Assembly (NCBI GenBank): GCA_014728035.1
Contig: WJMJ01000108.1
Location: forward strand, 1-64,000
Direction: 5' to 3'
DNA from: Promethearchaeota archaeon
Lineage (GTDB): Archaea > Asgardarchaeota > Thorarchaeia > Thorarchaeales > Thorarchaeaceae
DNA: 64,000 bases
Positions 28,404-38,728 of the stretch are shown one piece after another. A program made the translations under genes and the position numbers. The stretch's first letter is position 1, and every line of letters starts with the position of its first letter. The notes under the pieces were generated by a model. That model did not search any database. It had not been told where the DNA came from and saw only the letters and a program-made list of their open reading frames with translations.

Positions 28404-30353
28404 ATGTTAGTGCAAGCTCTGGATATAGACACAATCATATCCTTTGCACTAGCTTCTATTCTTTTTCTGGTTCTAGTAGGTAGCGTGTATATGCGGATAC
28501 AACAAATCAGAAGACGACGCATTAGAAAATTAGAGAAACTCCTAGTAAACAACATGACACTTTCAGTTTCAGAACTTGCTTCTCAATTAGATACCAAACC
28601 CATTCCAATTCAATCAGTTCTTTATGCAGCTCAAAATGCTGAAAATGCAATATTGAGTTTTAGCAAAACTTCAGTTGTATCTTCAACCTTGCTGATTCGA
28701 CGACTCAAAAACCTCCTAATAGACAACTCCGTTATTCATGTGGTTAAAGAATCTACAATGTGGGATGTCCCAGAGAGAGTCATTGAAGATTATGTTGAGA
28801 TGATAAGCGAAAAAGAAGGTCTAGATGTTGTACAGACTGAGGATGGCGATTTCATTCTGGTACCAGAATTCAAAGAGCGCATGAGAGAAGTACTTGGATT
28901 GCAAGGTCGAATAAACATCACTTCTGAAGCACAACGTCTTAGAGTTAAGAGATTCGACCTTGTCAAGCTCGTTGAACGTTGGGGTTGGAACCTTATAGAA
29001 ATGGGGGATGGGTTTCTAGTTTCTTCTGATTGGCTAAAGAAAACACTAGAAAGATCTATGGAACGAACGGGGTATCTTGAACCTAGCAAAGAAGCTAGCA
29101 GGCTATCAGTTTCCGAAAGAGATATCCTTGAAGCCATGAGGCGATTTGGATGGTCTACTATCACTACAACCGATAATAGATTGCTTCCAGTCCATGCAAT
29201 TGCTGACCGCTTAGAATCCCTACTTGAATTAGAAGGATATCTTAATCCTGTAGAAGAGGCAAAGAAGCTACACATTGACCAGGATGAATTGATGAAGATT
29301 GTTCGAAGAACAGGAATGAAATTCTTTGTTGATGATGACGGAATCATCGTGACATTTGAATATCTGAAGAATCGGGTCTTAGATGATTTAGCACTTTCTG
29401 GAAAAATTGAAGTAAATGAGGAAGCAGATACACTGGGAGTCAAAGTCAGTGTAATCACAACCATTCTACGAAATGCGGAAAAAGTTCGAAAAATTGGAAG
29501 AGGAAAATATATTTCAACCACAAGATTGCGTCAATGGATATTGGACTCTTTTTCTGAAGATGGAATTCTGAATGTGGATTCCGTTGAAATGGAATGGGGT
29601 ATTACTAATCCATCTTTAAATCTCATTCTCAAAGAATTTGGGATAAGAACTGTTGCAACACGTGATGGTAATCATTTATCTCTGTCATGGATTAGAACGA
29701 AGATAATGGGGTCATTGGAGGACGGCAAATCTGTAGATCCTTTAGACTTGGTTGACGAACTGAATATCTCGTTTGGAATCGCACAGGCACTACTAGCTCA
29801 AATTGATGCAGAAGCAATTATGAATACTATGGGCGCTTTGGTTCCAGTATCAAAGTTGCAACGTGAATTCAGTAAGATTTACAATTCAAAAGGCGTCCTT
29901 GACCCTAGTAAAGAAGCCAGAGAACGGATGTTGGACCCATCAGATGTCATTCAAATCATTAAGGGAATGGATCTTGATGCATTGATTGGAAAGAATGATA
30001 CCTTCATCTCAGTGGGAACAATCTTTCGGTTGGTGCGTTGGGCTCTAAAGAATAATGGTATATATGATTTAAGAGTCGCTGCAAACCGGTTGAACGTAAA
30101 CTATTCAGAATTAACAGAAAGAATAAGTCCTCTCCTTAGAGAGTCTGATTTTCTTATCAAGAAGGCAGGCGTAATTGTGACTGATGATTGGGTTAGCAAA
30201 TTACGAAAAAAGGCTAAGAGTTTAGGAAGGATAAATGTTACTACTTTTTCCAAAGAACAGAGTATCAGAAGAGGTGCAATGATAGAGTTACTGAGAAAGT
30301 TCTTGCAAGGTGCTTATATTCCTCGTTCTGACGTTTACATGGTCCGAAGTTAG
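28404..30353 (+). CDS. N-terminally anchored tandem winged-helix repeat protein (UFL1/DDRGK1-like)
   Basis: TM helix followed by an RRRR stop-transfer, then about 11 repeats of ~48 aa with the pattern G.(I/L)....A..L.(V/I). Confidence 0.7.
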   Translation: MLVQALDIDTIISFALASILFLVLVGSVYMRIQQIRRRRIRKLEKLLVNNMTLSVSELASQLDTKPIPIQSVLYAAQNAENAILSFSKTSVVSSTLLIRRLKNLLIDNSVIHVVKESTMWDVPERVIEDYVEMISEKEGLDVVQTEDGDFILVPEFKERMREVLGLQGRINITSEAQRLRVKRFDLVKLVERWGWNLIEMGDGFLVSSDWLKKTLERSMERTGYLEPSKEASRLSVSERDILEAMRRFGWSTITTTDNRLLPVHAIADRLESLLELEGYLNPVEEAKKLHIDQDELMKIVRRTGMKFFVDDDGIIVTFEYLKNRVLDDLALSGKIEVNEEADTLGVKVSVITTILRNAEKVRKIGRGKYISTTRLRQWILDSFSEDGILNVDSVEMEWGITNPSLNLILKEFGIRTVATRDGNHLSLSWIRTKIMGSLEDGKSVDPLDLVDELNISFGIAQALLAQIDAEAIMNTMGALVPVSKLQREFSKIYNSKGVLDPSKEARERMLDPSDVIQIIKGMDLDALIGKNDTFISVGTIFRLVRWALKNNGIYDLRVAANRLNVNYSELTERISPLLRESDFLIKKAGVIVTDDWVSKLRKKAKSLGRINVTTFSKEQSIRRGAMIELLRKFLQGAYIPRSDVYMVRS

Positions 30354-30447
30354 AATATACATAATAATCGAATATTGTGTATTTACCATTGAAATTCTAT
30401 ATATAGTACTCCATCCTTCTCAATTATGGAGAATTACGTTGGCTAGA

Positions 30448-31296
30448 ATGACCACATATCGTATTCGTCAGATGAAGAAAAAGGGGAAGAAGATTGTTAT
30501 GCTGACTGCCTATGATGCACCCTCAGCATCAATACTGAGTGATGCAGGTGTTGATATCATCCTTGTGGGTGATTCAGTGGGTAACTCTTTGTTGGGGTAT
30601 GAAAGCACTATTCCAGTTCGTCTTGAAGATGTTATCCATCATTGTGCCGCAGTTGCACGTGCAAAACCAAACTCCTTCATTGTTGGTGATATGCCTTTTA
30701 TGACCTACAAAGTGAGTGTCGAACAAGCACTCAAGAATTGTAGTCGCATGCTGCAAGAGGGATCTGCAGAAGCTGTCAAGATAGAAGGTGGGAGCCCCTG
30801 TATTGTAAAAACAGTAAAAGCTGTGGTCGATGCGGGTATTCCTGTTATGGGTCATATTGGGTTAACCCCTCAAAGTGTGTATGAGTTTGGTGGATACCGA
30901 GTTCAAGGTCGAACAGCTGATGCTACTGAAGAATTAATCGAACAAGCACAAGAGCTGGAAAAAGCTGGTGTATTCTCACTTGTTATTGAACTAGTTCCCT
31001 CCGAATCTGCAAAACTAATTACCGAGTCTGTAGACATTCCTACAATTGGTATTGGAGCGGGTCCATTTTGTGATGGACAGGTCTTAGTCTTATGGGATAT
31101 GCTAGGTCTCTTTGAAGATTTCAAACCAAAATTCTTGAAAAAATATGCTGATATTAGAAAAATAATCCGTGATGCTGTTTCCAATTACGCCTCTGATGTT
31201 AGAGAGGGAACATTTCCCTCTTTCGAACATAGTTTTGAGATGTCTGAAGAAGAATCAGGACGTCTCTATGGGCGAAGTCAACCTTCCAAAAGGTAA
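30448..31296 (+). CDS. panB: 3-methyl-2-oxobutanoate hydroxymethyltransferase
   Basis: MLTAYD, LVGDS, DMPF, VKIEGG, GHIGLTPQ, GIGAG, DGQVLV. True start is about 30439-30448. Confidence 0.95.
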   Translation: MTTYRIRQMKKKGKKIVMLTAYDAPSASILSDAGVDIILVGDSVGNSLLGYESTIPVRLEDVIHHCAAVARAKPNSFIVGDMPFMTYKVSVEQALKNCSRMLQEGSAEAVKIEGGSPCIVKTVKAVVDAGIPVMGHIGLTPQSVYEFGGYRVQGRTADATEELIEQAQELEKAGVFSLVIELVPSESAKLITESVDIPTIGIGAGPFCDGQVLVLWDMLGLFEDFKPKFLKKYADIRKIIRDAVSNYASDVREGTFPSFEHSFEMSEEESGRLYGRSQPSKR

Positions 31297-31316
31297 CTTC
31301 TCTCTAGTTGTGATAT

Positions 31317-31529
31317 CTATTCTTCTTTCTTCTCCAGAGTATTATTTAGAGCATCTACCAGCTTATCCGCTTCTATCCCATGTGCAACAGCGCCTTGTTC
31401 AATACTCTCAAATTGTGCAACTGCACATCCATAACAATGGAGACCCCATTCCATAAATGTGCCAGCTGTTTCTGGCCATTTTCTTACAACTTCTGCTATT
31501 TTCATGTCTTTCGTGATTGTTTCTGCCAT
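31317..31529 (-). CDS. DUF1858 domain protein (hybrid-cluster-associated redox disulfide domain)
   Basis: ITKDMKIAEVVRKWPE...GLHCYGC...ESIEQGA..HGI. Confidence 0.85.
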   Translation of the reverse strand: MAETITKDMKIAEVVRKWPETAGTFMEWGLHCYGCAVAQFESIEQGAVAHGIEADKLVDALNNTLEKKEE

Positions 31530-31657
31530 TACTCTCACCAATTAACAATAGTGAATCATGTCTAATTCTTGCGCGAGCCCTAATAAGCATTAGCTTAGGA
31601 ACTTAGCTCGAACTATCTATTTCTATCCGATTAACAGTGAAGGCAATTTGAATATAG

Positions 31658-32080
31658 CTATAATACCATATGTTCGAGACCCTTATCTCTAAGAACCTCT
31701 GGAAATACTTTGAATAGAGGTTTAATTTTTGATAGCAACCCTAGTGCTTTTGGGATGGAACCATCCATTTTTACTTGTCTACGAGCCATAGCAATGGTCG
31801 TGTTCAATTTTCCTTGCCAGAATTTGTTAGTAGTTTCTGATGTACTCCAAACAGTTATTTCTGGTTCAACATCTGAGTCGAAACTAAGACTACCAAGTTC
31901 ACCATTCGGTCCTGGGTTTGAAAAATCTATTGTGACATGGACTTCAGGTTGTTCGATATCAAAACGAACTACGATACCTGATTTAGCCAGTTTTTCCATA
32001 ACTTCTTCTTCCTTCTGAACACGAATCCAGAATTCACGAAACACAGCTTTCAATTGATCAGAACTTTCGAAATATGGCAT
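31658..32080 (-). CDS. SCP2 sterol/lipid-binding domain protein
   Basis: FWQGKLNTTIAMARRQVKMDG is the SCP2 C-terminal signature. Confidence 0.85.
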   Translation of the reverse strand: MPYFESSDQLKAVFREFWIRVQKEEEVMEKLAKSGIVVRFDIEQPEVHVTIDFSNPGPNGELGSLSFDSDVEPEITVWSTSETTNKFWQGKLNTTIAMARRQVKMDGSIPKALGLLSKIKPLFKVFPEVLRDKGLEHMVL

Positions 32081-32191
32081 AATATGTTCATCATCCCACT
32101 CGTATATTACAGTACAGCTGATAATTATATATCAGTAAAAGATGTTTCGAATAGTTGTATAGGGGGACAATATCTCTACGGATGAGAAGAA

Positions 32192-34351
32192 ATGACTTTG
32201 CAAGTGCTCTTCGTTGATGACGATTCAAATACACGTCTCATTGCAACAAAAATGTTGGAAAAATATGGTAGTTTAGAGGTCACCACCGCTGAGTCTGGAG
32301 AAAAGGCATTAGAATTTCTAAGAAACCGAGATTTTGATGTCGTTGTTACAGATTATGAAATGTTTCCAATGAATGGTCTTAAATTACTCCAAACGATTCG
32401 AGAAGAGAATGAGATTTTGCCGGTCATTGTATTTACTGGTAGGTCTCGTGAAGAAGTTGTTATTCAGGCACTTAATCTTGGAGCTACTCACTATGTGAAA
32501 AAGGAGGGGAATCCCAATGTGCAATATACCGAGCTTGCCCATATAATAGAAAATTCCGCAGAGCACACTAAAACTTTGAAAGAACTCATCGTATCACAAC
32601 AAAGATACAAGCATCTCGCAGAAATTATCGAAGCTATGGTTTTCATTATGAGCGATAATGATGTATTCCTTGAATATTATGGTTCTTCTACTGCTATACC
32701 TTTTGTACCTCCTGAGAAGTTTCTTGGAAAACACGTATCTGAAGTACTTCCTGACCCATTACAATCAATGTTTCTACAAACACATCAGCTTGTTCGAAAT
32801 GATGGACAAACAAGGTATCTTGAGTACGATTTAGAATTAGCTGACGGTGTTCATTGGTATTCTTGCAGCATATCTCTTCATCCAGATAAAACAAGTATTT
32901 TGAGTGTTGTTCGAGATATTACTGAATGGAAACAGTCTCAAGAAAAATTGAGGAAGATTGATGCAAACTTCCGCCGGATTATAGATGAATCCCTTCAAGG
33001 TATAACAATTATCTCGTTAGAAAGCATACAGATACTCTATGTAAATTCTGCAATGGTTGATATCACTGGCTATTCAATTCAGGAACTAATGCACCTTACA
33101 AGTGAAGATATGTTTGGGACAGTACATCCTGAAGATCGACACAAACTTTCAGAGCAGATACAGAAACGAAAACAAGGTCTGAAAGTTCCCAATAGATATC
33201 AATACCGGTTGATTAACAAACAGCAACAAGTGCGCTGGCTAGATGTTGGCATTTCAGAGATTACCTTTGAAGGAAAACCCGCTATATTGGCAAGTCATCT
33301 AGATATAACTGACCGGAAACGTGTATCTGATACTCTAATAAGAACGGAAAGCTGGTTCACTCAGTTTGCAGATAATATCGATGAGGCTTTCTGGATTACT
33401 GAATTGAATCCACCATTCGAAACAATCTACTTGAGTCCAGGATTTGAAAAAATATACGGTGTGAGTTCTGAGGAGGCTAAAACAAATAGCAGTGTGTTTA
33501 TGGATGCGATTCATCCAGAAGATAGAGAAAAAGTCTTTCTCCAGATTCAAAATCATTTCAATGGGGGAGAAAGTTATGATACTGAGTATCGTATCATAAA
33601 AGAAAATGAGATTCGATGGATTCGTGCCCGTGGATTTTATGTTCGAGATGATGATGGCACAATTATCCGTAGTATTGGATTTGCTCAAGATATCACTACT
33701 CATAAAATAATTGAATTGAATCTGAGAGCACAGCGTGAGGAACTCAGTGATTTTGCTCACATGATTGGACATGACCTACGTGGTTCTCTTAGTAACATTG
33801 TCGGGCTCGTACAATTACTCAAAGATAAGCATGACCCCGATTTCCTTGAACGAATTGAAACTATCTCTTACGATGCATTGCGAATATTGGACAAATCAAT
33901 TAACTTAGCGGATGCTGGTTTAGTGATTGGAAACAAAACTGAAGTAGATTTGAATGCTCTTATCGATTCAATTAGAAGTACAGTAATACCTCCATCTATA
34001 GAATTCCAACGTGATGACCTTCCCAACATCTTATGCGATAGAGAACGTATGGTCCAACTTGTTCAAAATATGTTTCTTAATGCTGTTGAGCATGGACAAC
34101 CTAAAATGATTCAAGTTCGGGTGATTGATGCACCGAATCATTATGAACTTCATTTCATAAATGATGGGAAACCAATTCCTCCCGATGTTAAAGAGGTCCT
34201 ATTGGAAAAAGGCTACTCACGAGAATTGGGACGGGGAAAAGGGATTCAAATAATAACGAAAATAGTTTTTGCCCATGATTGGTTAATCTCTTTGGATTCG
34301 AATGGGATAACTGCCTTCAAAATAGTTATCCCTAAAACTCAAACTTCATAG
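32192..34351 (+). CDS. Hybrid sensor: REC + three PAS + histidine kinase
   Basis: VDDD...VVTDYEM receiver; PAS/PAC motifs HPEDR (twice) and RDITEWK; H-box HDLRGSL; N-box NAVEH. Confidence 0.9.
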   Translation: MTLQVLFVDDDSNTRLIATKMLEKYGSLEVTTAESGEKALEFLRNRDFDVVVTDYEMFPMNGLKLLQTIREENEILPVIVFTGRSREEVVIQALNLGATHYVKKEGNPNVQYTELAHIIENSAEHTKTLKELIVSQQRYKHLAEIIEAMVFIMSDNDVFLEYYGSSTAIPFVPPEKFLGKHVSEVLPDPLQSMFLQTHQLVRNDGQTRYLEYDLELADGVHWYSCSISLHPDKTSILSVVRDITEWKQSQEKLRKIDANFRRIIDESLQGITIISLESIQILYVNSAMVDITGYSIQELMHLTSEDMFGTVHPEDRHKLSEQIQKRKQGLKVPNRYQYRLINKQQQVRWLDVGISEITFEGKPAILASHLDITDRKRVSDTLIRTESWFTQFADNIDEAFWITELNPPFETIYLSPGFEKIYGVSSEEAKTNSSVFMDAIHPEDREKVFLQIQNHFNGGESYDTEYRIIKENEIRWIRARGFYVRDDDGTIIRSIGFAQDITTHKIIELNLRAQREELSDFAHMIGHDLRGSLSNIVGLVQLLKDKHDPDFLERIETISYDALRILDKSINLADAGLVIGNKTEVDLNALIDSIRSTVIPPSIEFQRDDLPNILCDRERMVQLVQNMFLNAVEHGQPKMIQVRVIDAPNHYELHFINDGKPIPPDVKEVLLEKGYSRELGRGKGIQIITKIVFAHDWLISLDSNGITAFKIVIPKTQTS

Positions 34352-34398
34352 GACGCAAACCCGGAAAACTTCATTACCTCTCATTCCACATGGTATTT

Positions 34399-34956
34399 AT
34401 GACCGGACAAATTGCGGATTCTTTTCTTGTTGATGGAGATGAGTATCGTCTTGTTGGAATAAGCGGAGAAGGTCTTTTTGACCCACAAGAGTACAAACTA
34501 CAACCATATTCAAGATGTACCGCATGCTGGCGTGGTTTTTCTCTGGAGTATGATATTAGAGACGGTACTTTGGTTCTCACAAAATTGTACATTAATCTCA
34601 AAGAACCAAAGACGATTCAAGGGATTCAACCAGTTTCAGCACAGGATGACTTTGGATTTTTTGATTACGTATATCACTTAGATATTGAGATTCCATTTAC
34701 AGGAACAATTTTGCTTGGAAAGGACATGATTCCTGAAATGTATGTTCACATGGGCTTTCAGAGAGCTATTGCTTTTCGCACAGTATATGAGTTTGAGTTT
34801 AATGATGGCAAAGTCACTAAGAAAAGAGATCTTTCTGAGAAGATGAAACAGAGAAGAGAGACCGACCCGACTGAAGGCGCTGCTCCAAAAAAACCACAAA
34901 GCACCAAAGAATGGATTGCTGATACATTTTCATTAGAATATGATCCAAAAGAATAG
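34399..34956 (+). CDS. Conserved hypothetical protein
   Basis: MTGQI.D...CTACWRGF..EY.I; globular composition. Confidence 0.7.
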   Translation: MTGQIADSFLVDGDEYRLVGISGEGLFDPQEYKLQPYSRCTACWRGFSLEYDIRDGTLVLTKLYINLKEPKTIQGIQPVSAQDDFGFFDYVYHLDIEIPFTGTILLGKDMIPEMYVHMGFQRAIAFRTVYEFEFNDGKVTKKRDLSEKMKQRRETDPTEGAAPKKPQSTKEWIADTFSLEYDPKE

Positions 34957-34963
34957 TATATCA

Positions 34964-35872
34964 CTATTTCATTGCCTTTTCCAATATCTCTACAATCTCC
35001 ATATGTCCCTTGATTCTCGCATAAATGAGTGCTGTACGACCATTATCTTCGTCATCTGACTCGATTGCTGTTTTTGGATCAGCTCCTGCTTTTAGAAGTG
35101 ACTCTACGATTTTGAGATAACCTTCTCGTGCTGCAAACATCAGGGCAGTTTCAGAGTAGCCTGTTGTCATATTTGGGTCTGCTCCATTTTCAATAAGAAA
35201 TTCTACAATCTCCAAGTGTCCTCCAGCTGATGCTTGAAAGAGTGGAGTCCAACCTGCTCGGTTTGTAGAATTTACATTAGCTCCTTGTTTTATCAATTCT
35301 CTTACTGATTCTGTCTGTCCTCTTAGTGAAGCCCATATCAATGGAGTCATACCTCTCCCGTCGATGACTTCAAGATTTGCTCCGTTTTTCAAAGCTTCAC
35401 TCATTCTATCTAAATCTCCAGAATAAGCAGCTATGACTAATTCTCCATCAGCCTCTTTTAGATCCTCGATGGATGGTTCTGCATTGAATGCTCGATATTT
35501 ATACAACATTTCAACAATCTCTGGTTTTCCAGTATATGACATCTTTGCAACTGATATGATATCCATCAGTAACCTACTAGGGACTTTTTCCACCTTTCTG
35601 AGAAGAAACGATACTATCTGTGTTTGACCATCTCGCGCGGCAAGATGCAATGGTGTCATGTCTGTGCTGTTCATTGCTAAGATATCTGCTCCTTTTTCGA
35701 CTAATAATTCTACAATCTCAAGATGGCCTTTGCTTGCAGCATTATGTAATGCGGTATTTTTGAAAAAATCATCAGTAGCAATCATAGATGCTCCCATTTC
35801 AATTGCTTCTTGAACATCATCAATCTGACCGTTTTCTGCCGCAGATAGCAGCATATCATTAACATCAGTCAT
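34964..35872 (-). CDS. Ankyrin repeat protein
   Basis: TALHNAASKGH, TPLHLAARDG, TPLIWASLRG, TPLFQASAGGH, TALMFAAREG, TALIYARIKGH. Confidence 0.93.
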   Translation of the reverse strand: MTDVNDMLLSAAENGQIDDVQEAIEMGASMIATDDFFKNTALHNAASKGHLEIVELLVEKGADILAMNSTDMTPLHLAARDGQTQIVSFLLRKVEKVPSRLLMDIISVAKMSYTGKPEIVEMLYKYRAFNAEPSIEDLKEADGELVIAAYSGDLDRMSEALKNGANLEVIDGRGMTPLIWASLRGQTESVRELIKQGANVNSTNRAGWTPLFQASAGGHLEIVEFLIENGADPNMTTGYSETALMFAAREGYLKIVESLLKAGADPKTAIESDDEDNGRTALIYARIKGHMEIVEILEKAMK

Positions 35873-36011
35873 CTCATGCACCAACATATAGCTTGTATTA
35901 ATACTCAAACTCTCTTATCCTTTGTGCGAGAGTAACTTTCATATCGAAACCAACAATAATCATTCTTCAAATAACAACATTGTAAAAGCTAATATTTTCG
36001 AGCGTGGATAT

Positions 36012-36236
36012 ATGTCATCAAATTCAGTATTTCTTGGTCGATTCGAAAAGGCATGTGAATTGTTTGAGAATGAACAAATCGACAAGGCAAAAGAGATACT
36101 CCAAACCTGTATTGATGAAAGACGTTCTCTTACTGAAGAATTACTACGCAAATATCTGGATTCAATAACTGATGTGAAAATCAAGCATTATATCATTCAC
36201 ATGTACATTCAAAATTATGATAGTTTTTCTAGATGA
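36012..36236 (+). CDS. Short helical hypothetical protein (possibly a fragment)
   Basis: 74-aa ORF from the ATG at 36012 with TPR-like FEKACELFENEQIDKAKEIL. Confidence 0.4.
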   Translation: MSSNSVFLGRFEKACELFENEQIDKAKEILQTCIDERRSLTEELLRKYLDSITDVKIKHYIIHMYIQNYDSFSR

Positions 36237-36298
36237 TGGTACACTACTCAATGATGGTAAGCGAATAATCTATTAAGATTTGGAATTAGTGTGAAATA

Positions 36299-37762
36299 AT
36301 GACCGTCCACCAATACTCACGCATTTCTATTTTCATGATTGTTCTATTATCAAGCTCGTTATGTATTTCGGATTTTTGTTTTCTTGTATCTGGATATAGC
36401 TTGGTTCAAGAACCTCAAACATTCTATGTATCACTATCAGGGAACAATGAAAACCCAGGAACTGTTGATCAACCTTGGAGAACACCATCCTATGGTGTTA
36501 GCCAATTAGATGCAGGTGACACTTTGATTATTCTTGCTGGAGAGTATCATCTTGATGGTGCATTACATTTTGAGACCTCTGCTAATAATGAAGCACCTAT
36601 TACTCTTAAGGGGCAAAATGCCATTCTGAATGCAGGTGGCCTCTCAAACGATTACGCTAATCGCGATGCAATTTTTCTAGATTATGTTGATTACATCAAC
36701 ATCGAGAACATAACAGTTCTAGATGCTCCTCGTTCTGGCATCCGTATCAGTTGGTCAAATCATGTTACTATAACAAATTCAACTTTCGGCTCAAATGGCA
36801 AATGGGGTATTTTCAGTGACTTTTCAGATCACACAATTATTGATTCCTGTGAAACTTATGGTTCTGGTGAAGAGCATGGTATCTATCTTAGCAATTCTGG
36901 AGACTATCCTATTGTTCGAAATTGTCTAGTTCATGATAATTATGCTAGTGGAATTCAATTCAATGCTGATCCTCTAATGGGCGGAGATGGGATTATCTCT
37001 AATGGTCTAATTGAGAGTAACTATGTCTATCGCAATGGGGACGGAGGCGGTGCAGCCATCAATCTGGCAAGTGTTAGGGATAGTGTAGTTCAGAATAATC
37101 TGCTCTTTGATAATGCTGCTGGTGGTATTGCATGTTGGGATGATGGAAATGAAGGTACAAACTATGGATGTAAAGATAATATATTTGTCAACAATCTTGT
37201 AACCTTTGAAGAGGGCGTGGGGCGAAGTGCATTACAGATGATTGAAGGAAGTACAGGCAATATTGCTCTAAATAACATATTGATTGCAGGAGATAGTGGG
37301 GATTACGCTTTGGAAATCGATGCAACCTCCTCAATAACTTCTGACTACAATATTTTTTATCATCTTGAATCTATAGACATAATTTGGAATGATGAACAAG
37401 GCATCACATTGGATGACTGGCAGGAATTATCCAATGACCTCCACTCTAGTTTATTTGAGCCGTCAATTTTGTTTCAGAACTATTTGCTTGATAATTACCA
37501 TCATGCAAATGAGAGTCCAGCAATCGATATGGGAACAGAAAACTATGCTCCCGTACGTGATATTGATGGATTTCCTCGTCCTTACAATGAAGAAGTCGAT
37601 ATTGGTCCTTATGAGTACAGTCCATTCGGATCATCAACAGCACCTTATGATTCTACTACATCTTCTAAGATTCCTACAGACCTGCCTCTTACAAACCTCT
37701 ATGTTGGTTTGATACTACTAGGTGTCCTCTGCACTTTAGCATGGTTCCATTATAAAAGGTGA
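36299..37762 (+). CDS. Secreted, C-terminally anchored right-handed beta-helix protein (polysaccharide lyase-like)
   Basis: Signal peptide; FYVS..GN..NPGT..QPWRT; Asn/Gly parallel beta-helix repeats; SPAIDMG...DIGPYEY; C-terminal TM. Confidence 0.85.
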   Translation: MTVHQYSRISIFMIVLLSSSLCISDFCFLVSGYSLVQEPQTFYVSLSGNNENPGTVDQPWRTPSYGVSQLDAGDTLIILAGEYHLDGALHFETSANNEAPITLKGQNAILNAGGLSNDYANRDAIFLDYVDYINIENITVLDAPRSGIRISWSNHVTITNSTFGSNGKWGIFSDFSDHTIIDSCETYGSGEEHGIYLSNSGDYPIVRNCLVHDNYASGIQFNADPLMGGDGIISNGLIESNYVYRNGDGGGAAINLASVRDSVVQNNLLFDNAAGGIACWDDGNEGTNYGCKDNIFVNNLVTFEEGVGRSALQMIEGSTGNIALNNILIAGDSGDYALEIDATSSITSDYNIFYHLESIDIIWNDEQGITLDDWQELSNDLHSSLFEPSILFQNYLLDNYHHANESPAIDMGTENYAPVRDIDGFPRPYNEEVDIGPYEYSPFGSSTAPYDSTTSSKIPTDLPLTNLYVGLILLGVLCTLAWFHYKR

Positions 37763-37859
37763 CTTCTACTAGAATGTGCTTTACATAGGCTAGTTCCTAG
37801 TCTACAAAACTGAGTTGAACTGAGAAATCACCAGTCTTAAGATCCGCATGGACTATTTT

Positions 37860-38420
37860 TCATTTCACATCTTTCCCTTGATTTTTCATTGCTTCATAGA
37901 CGTAAACAATATTGAAACCATGGAATCTCTCAATAATGGTGCTGTCTTGGTTATTTGCTTTTTTCCATGTCTTGCAAGCTAGCTCTAAATCTTCTTTCTT
38001 AATCAAGTATAACAGACCAAGTTGTCTCCAAAGGTCCGGATTCTGACTATTCTGAGGATATGATATGGTTTTTTTCCATATACGGAATTATCTCATCAAA
38101 CTTGCTTAGTTGCTTCATGCAATTATATATGAACAAGTCCAATAAGCAATTAAAACGTTGGAACTTGTAAATTTCTGATGCAATTTGCTTTAGAGTTTCA
38201 TTATCTGCTGAATTAAGGGAATTACGTATTTTTAGTATTATTTCAAGTGCTTACTGTATCTTTGTTTGATAACCTAATGCGATACCGTGATTGAAGAGAA
38301 CTCTAGCTTGTGTCCATTGATCAAGTATATCACTACTGTTCATATTTCTCCAATATACTGATTTCCTTTTAATAATATTAACAGGCACCTGGAAAATCAT
38401 GACTGGGCCAAGATTATACA
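37860..38420 (-). pseudogene. Degraded TPR-protein gene
   Basis: Manual translation: ..QARVLFNHGIALGYQTKIQ*ALEIILK..FDEIIPYMEK, a frameshift in an A7 run, then TISYPQNSQNPDLWRQLGLLYLIKKEDLELACKTWKKA..DVK*. In-frame stop at 38251-38253. Confidence 0.6.
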
Positions 38421-38728
38421 AATGCATTTTTTACTCTGAAGTGGTATTCTTTTTCCAGTTATTCTAAGGTTGTGGGCTGCTGCAAGCATGTGAAAATGAA
38501 TTCATATCGGAAAATTCAGCTCATTTGTTCTGGTGGACTGAAATATTGATTTCAGATTCTTGGTCAAGTAACAAATCTCTGTATTCTTTCTGTATTTTGA
38601 GTATTGATTTCGAACCATTATTCGTTATTTTTTCTTTTAGCCGAAGCTGTTAAGTACCAGATAGGAACGCTGTTTCGCAGTATCGACTGTCCTGCTGGAC
38701 ATCGATTTTAGGAAATAACGTGATAATA

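Noticed and set aside
28790-29521. 243-aa minus-strand ORF, and the many other 60-175-aa overlapping ORFs in the track
   Set aside because: They lie antisense or out of frame inside well-supported genes and show no motifs.
30310-30447. N-terminal extension of PanB
   Set aside because: Overlaps the upstream gene and AT-rich promoter DNA; homology starts at about MTTYRIRQM.
32118-32136. CTGATA-ATTATA-TATCAG palindrome between the SCP2 and kinase genes
   Set aside because: Short, AT-rich and centred on a probable TATA box; too weak to call an operator.
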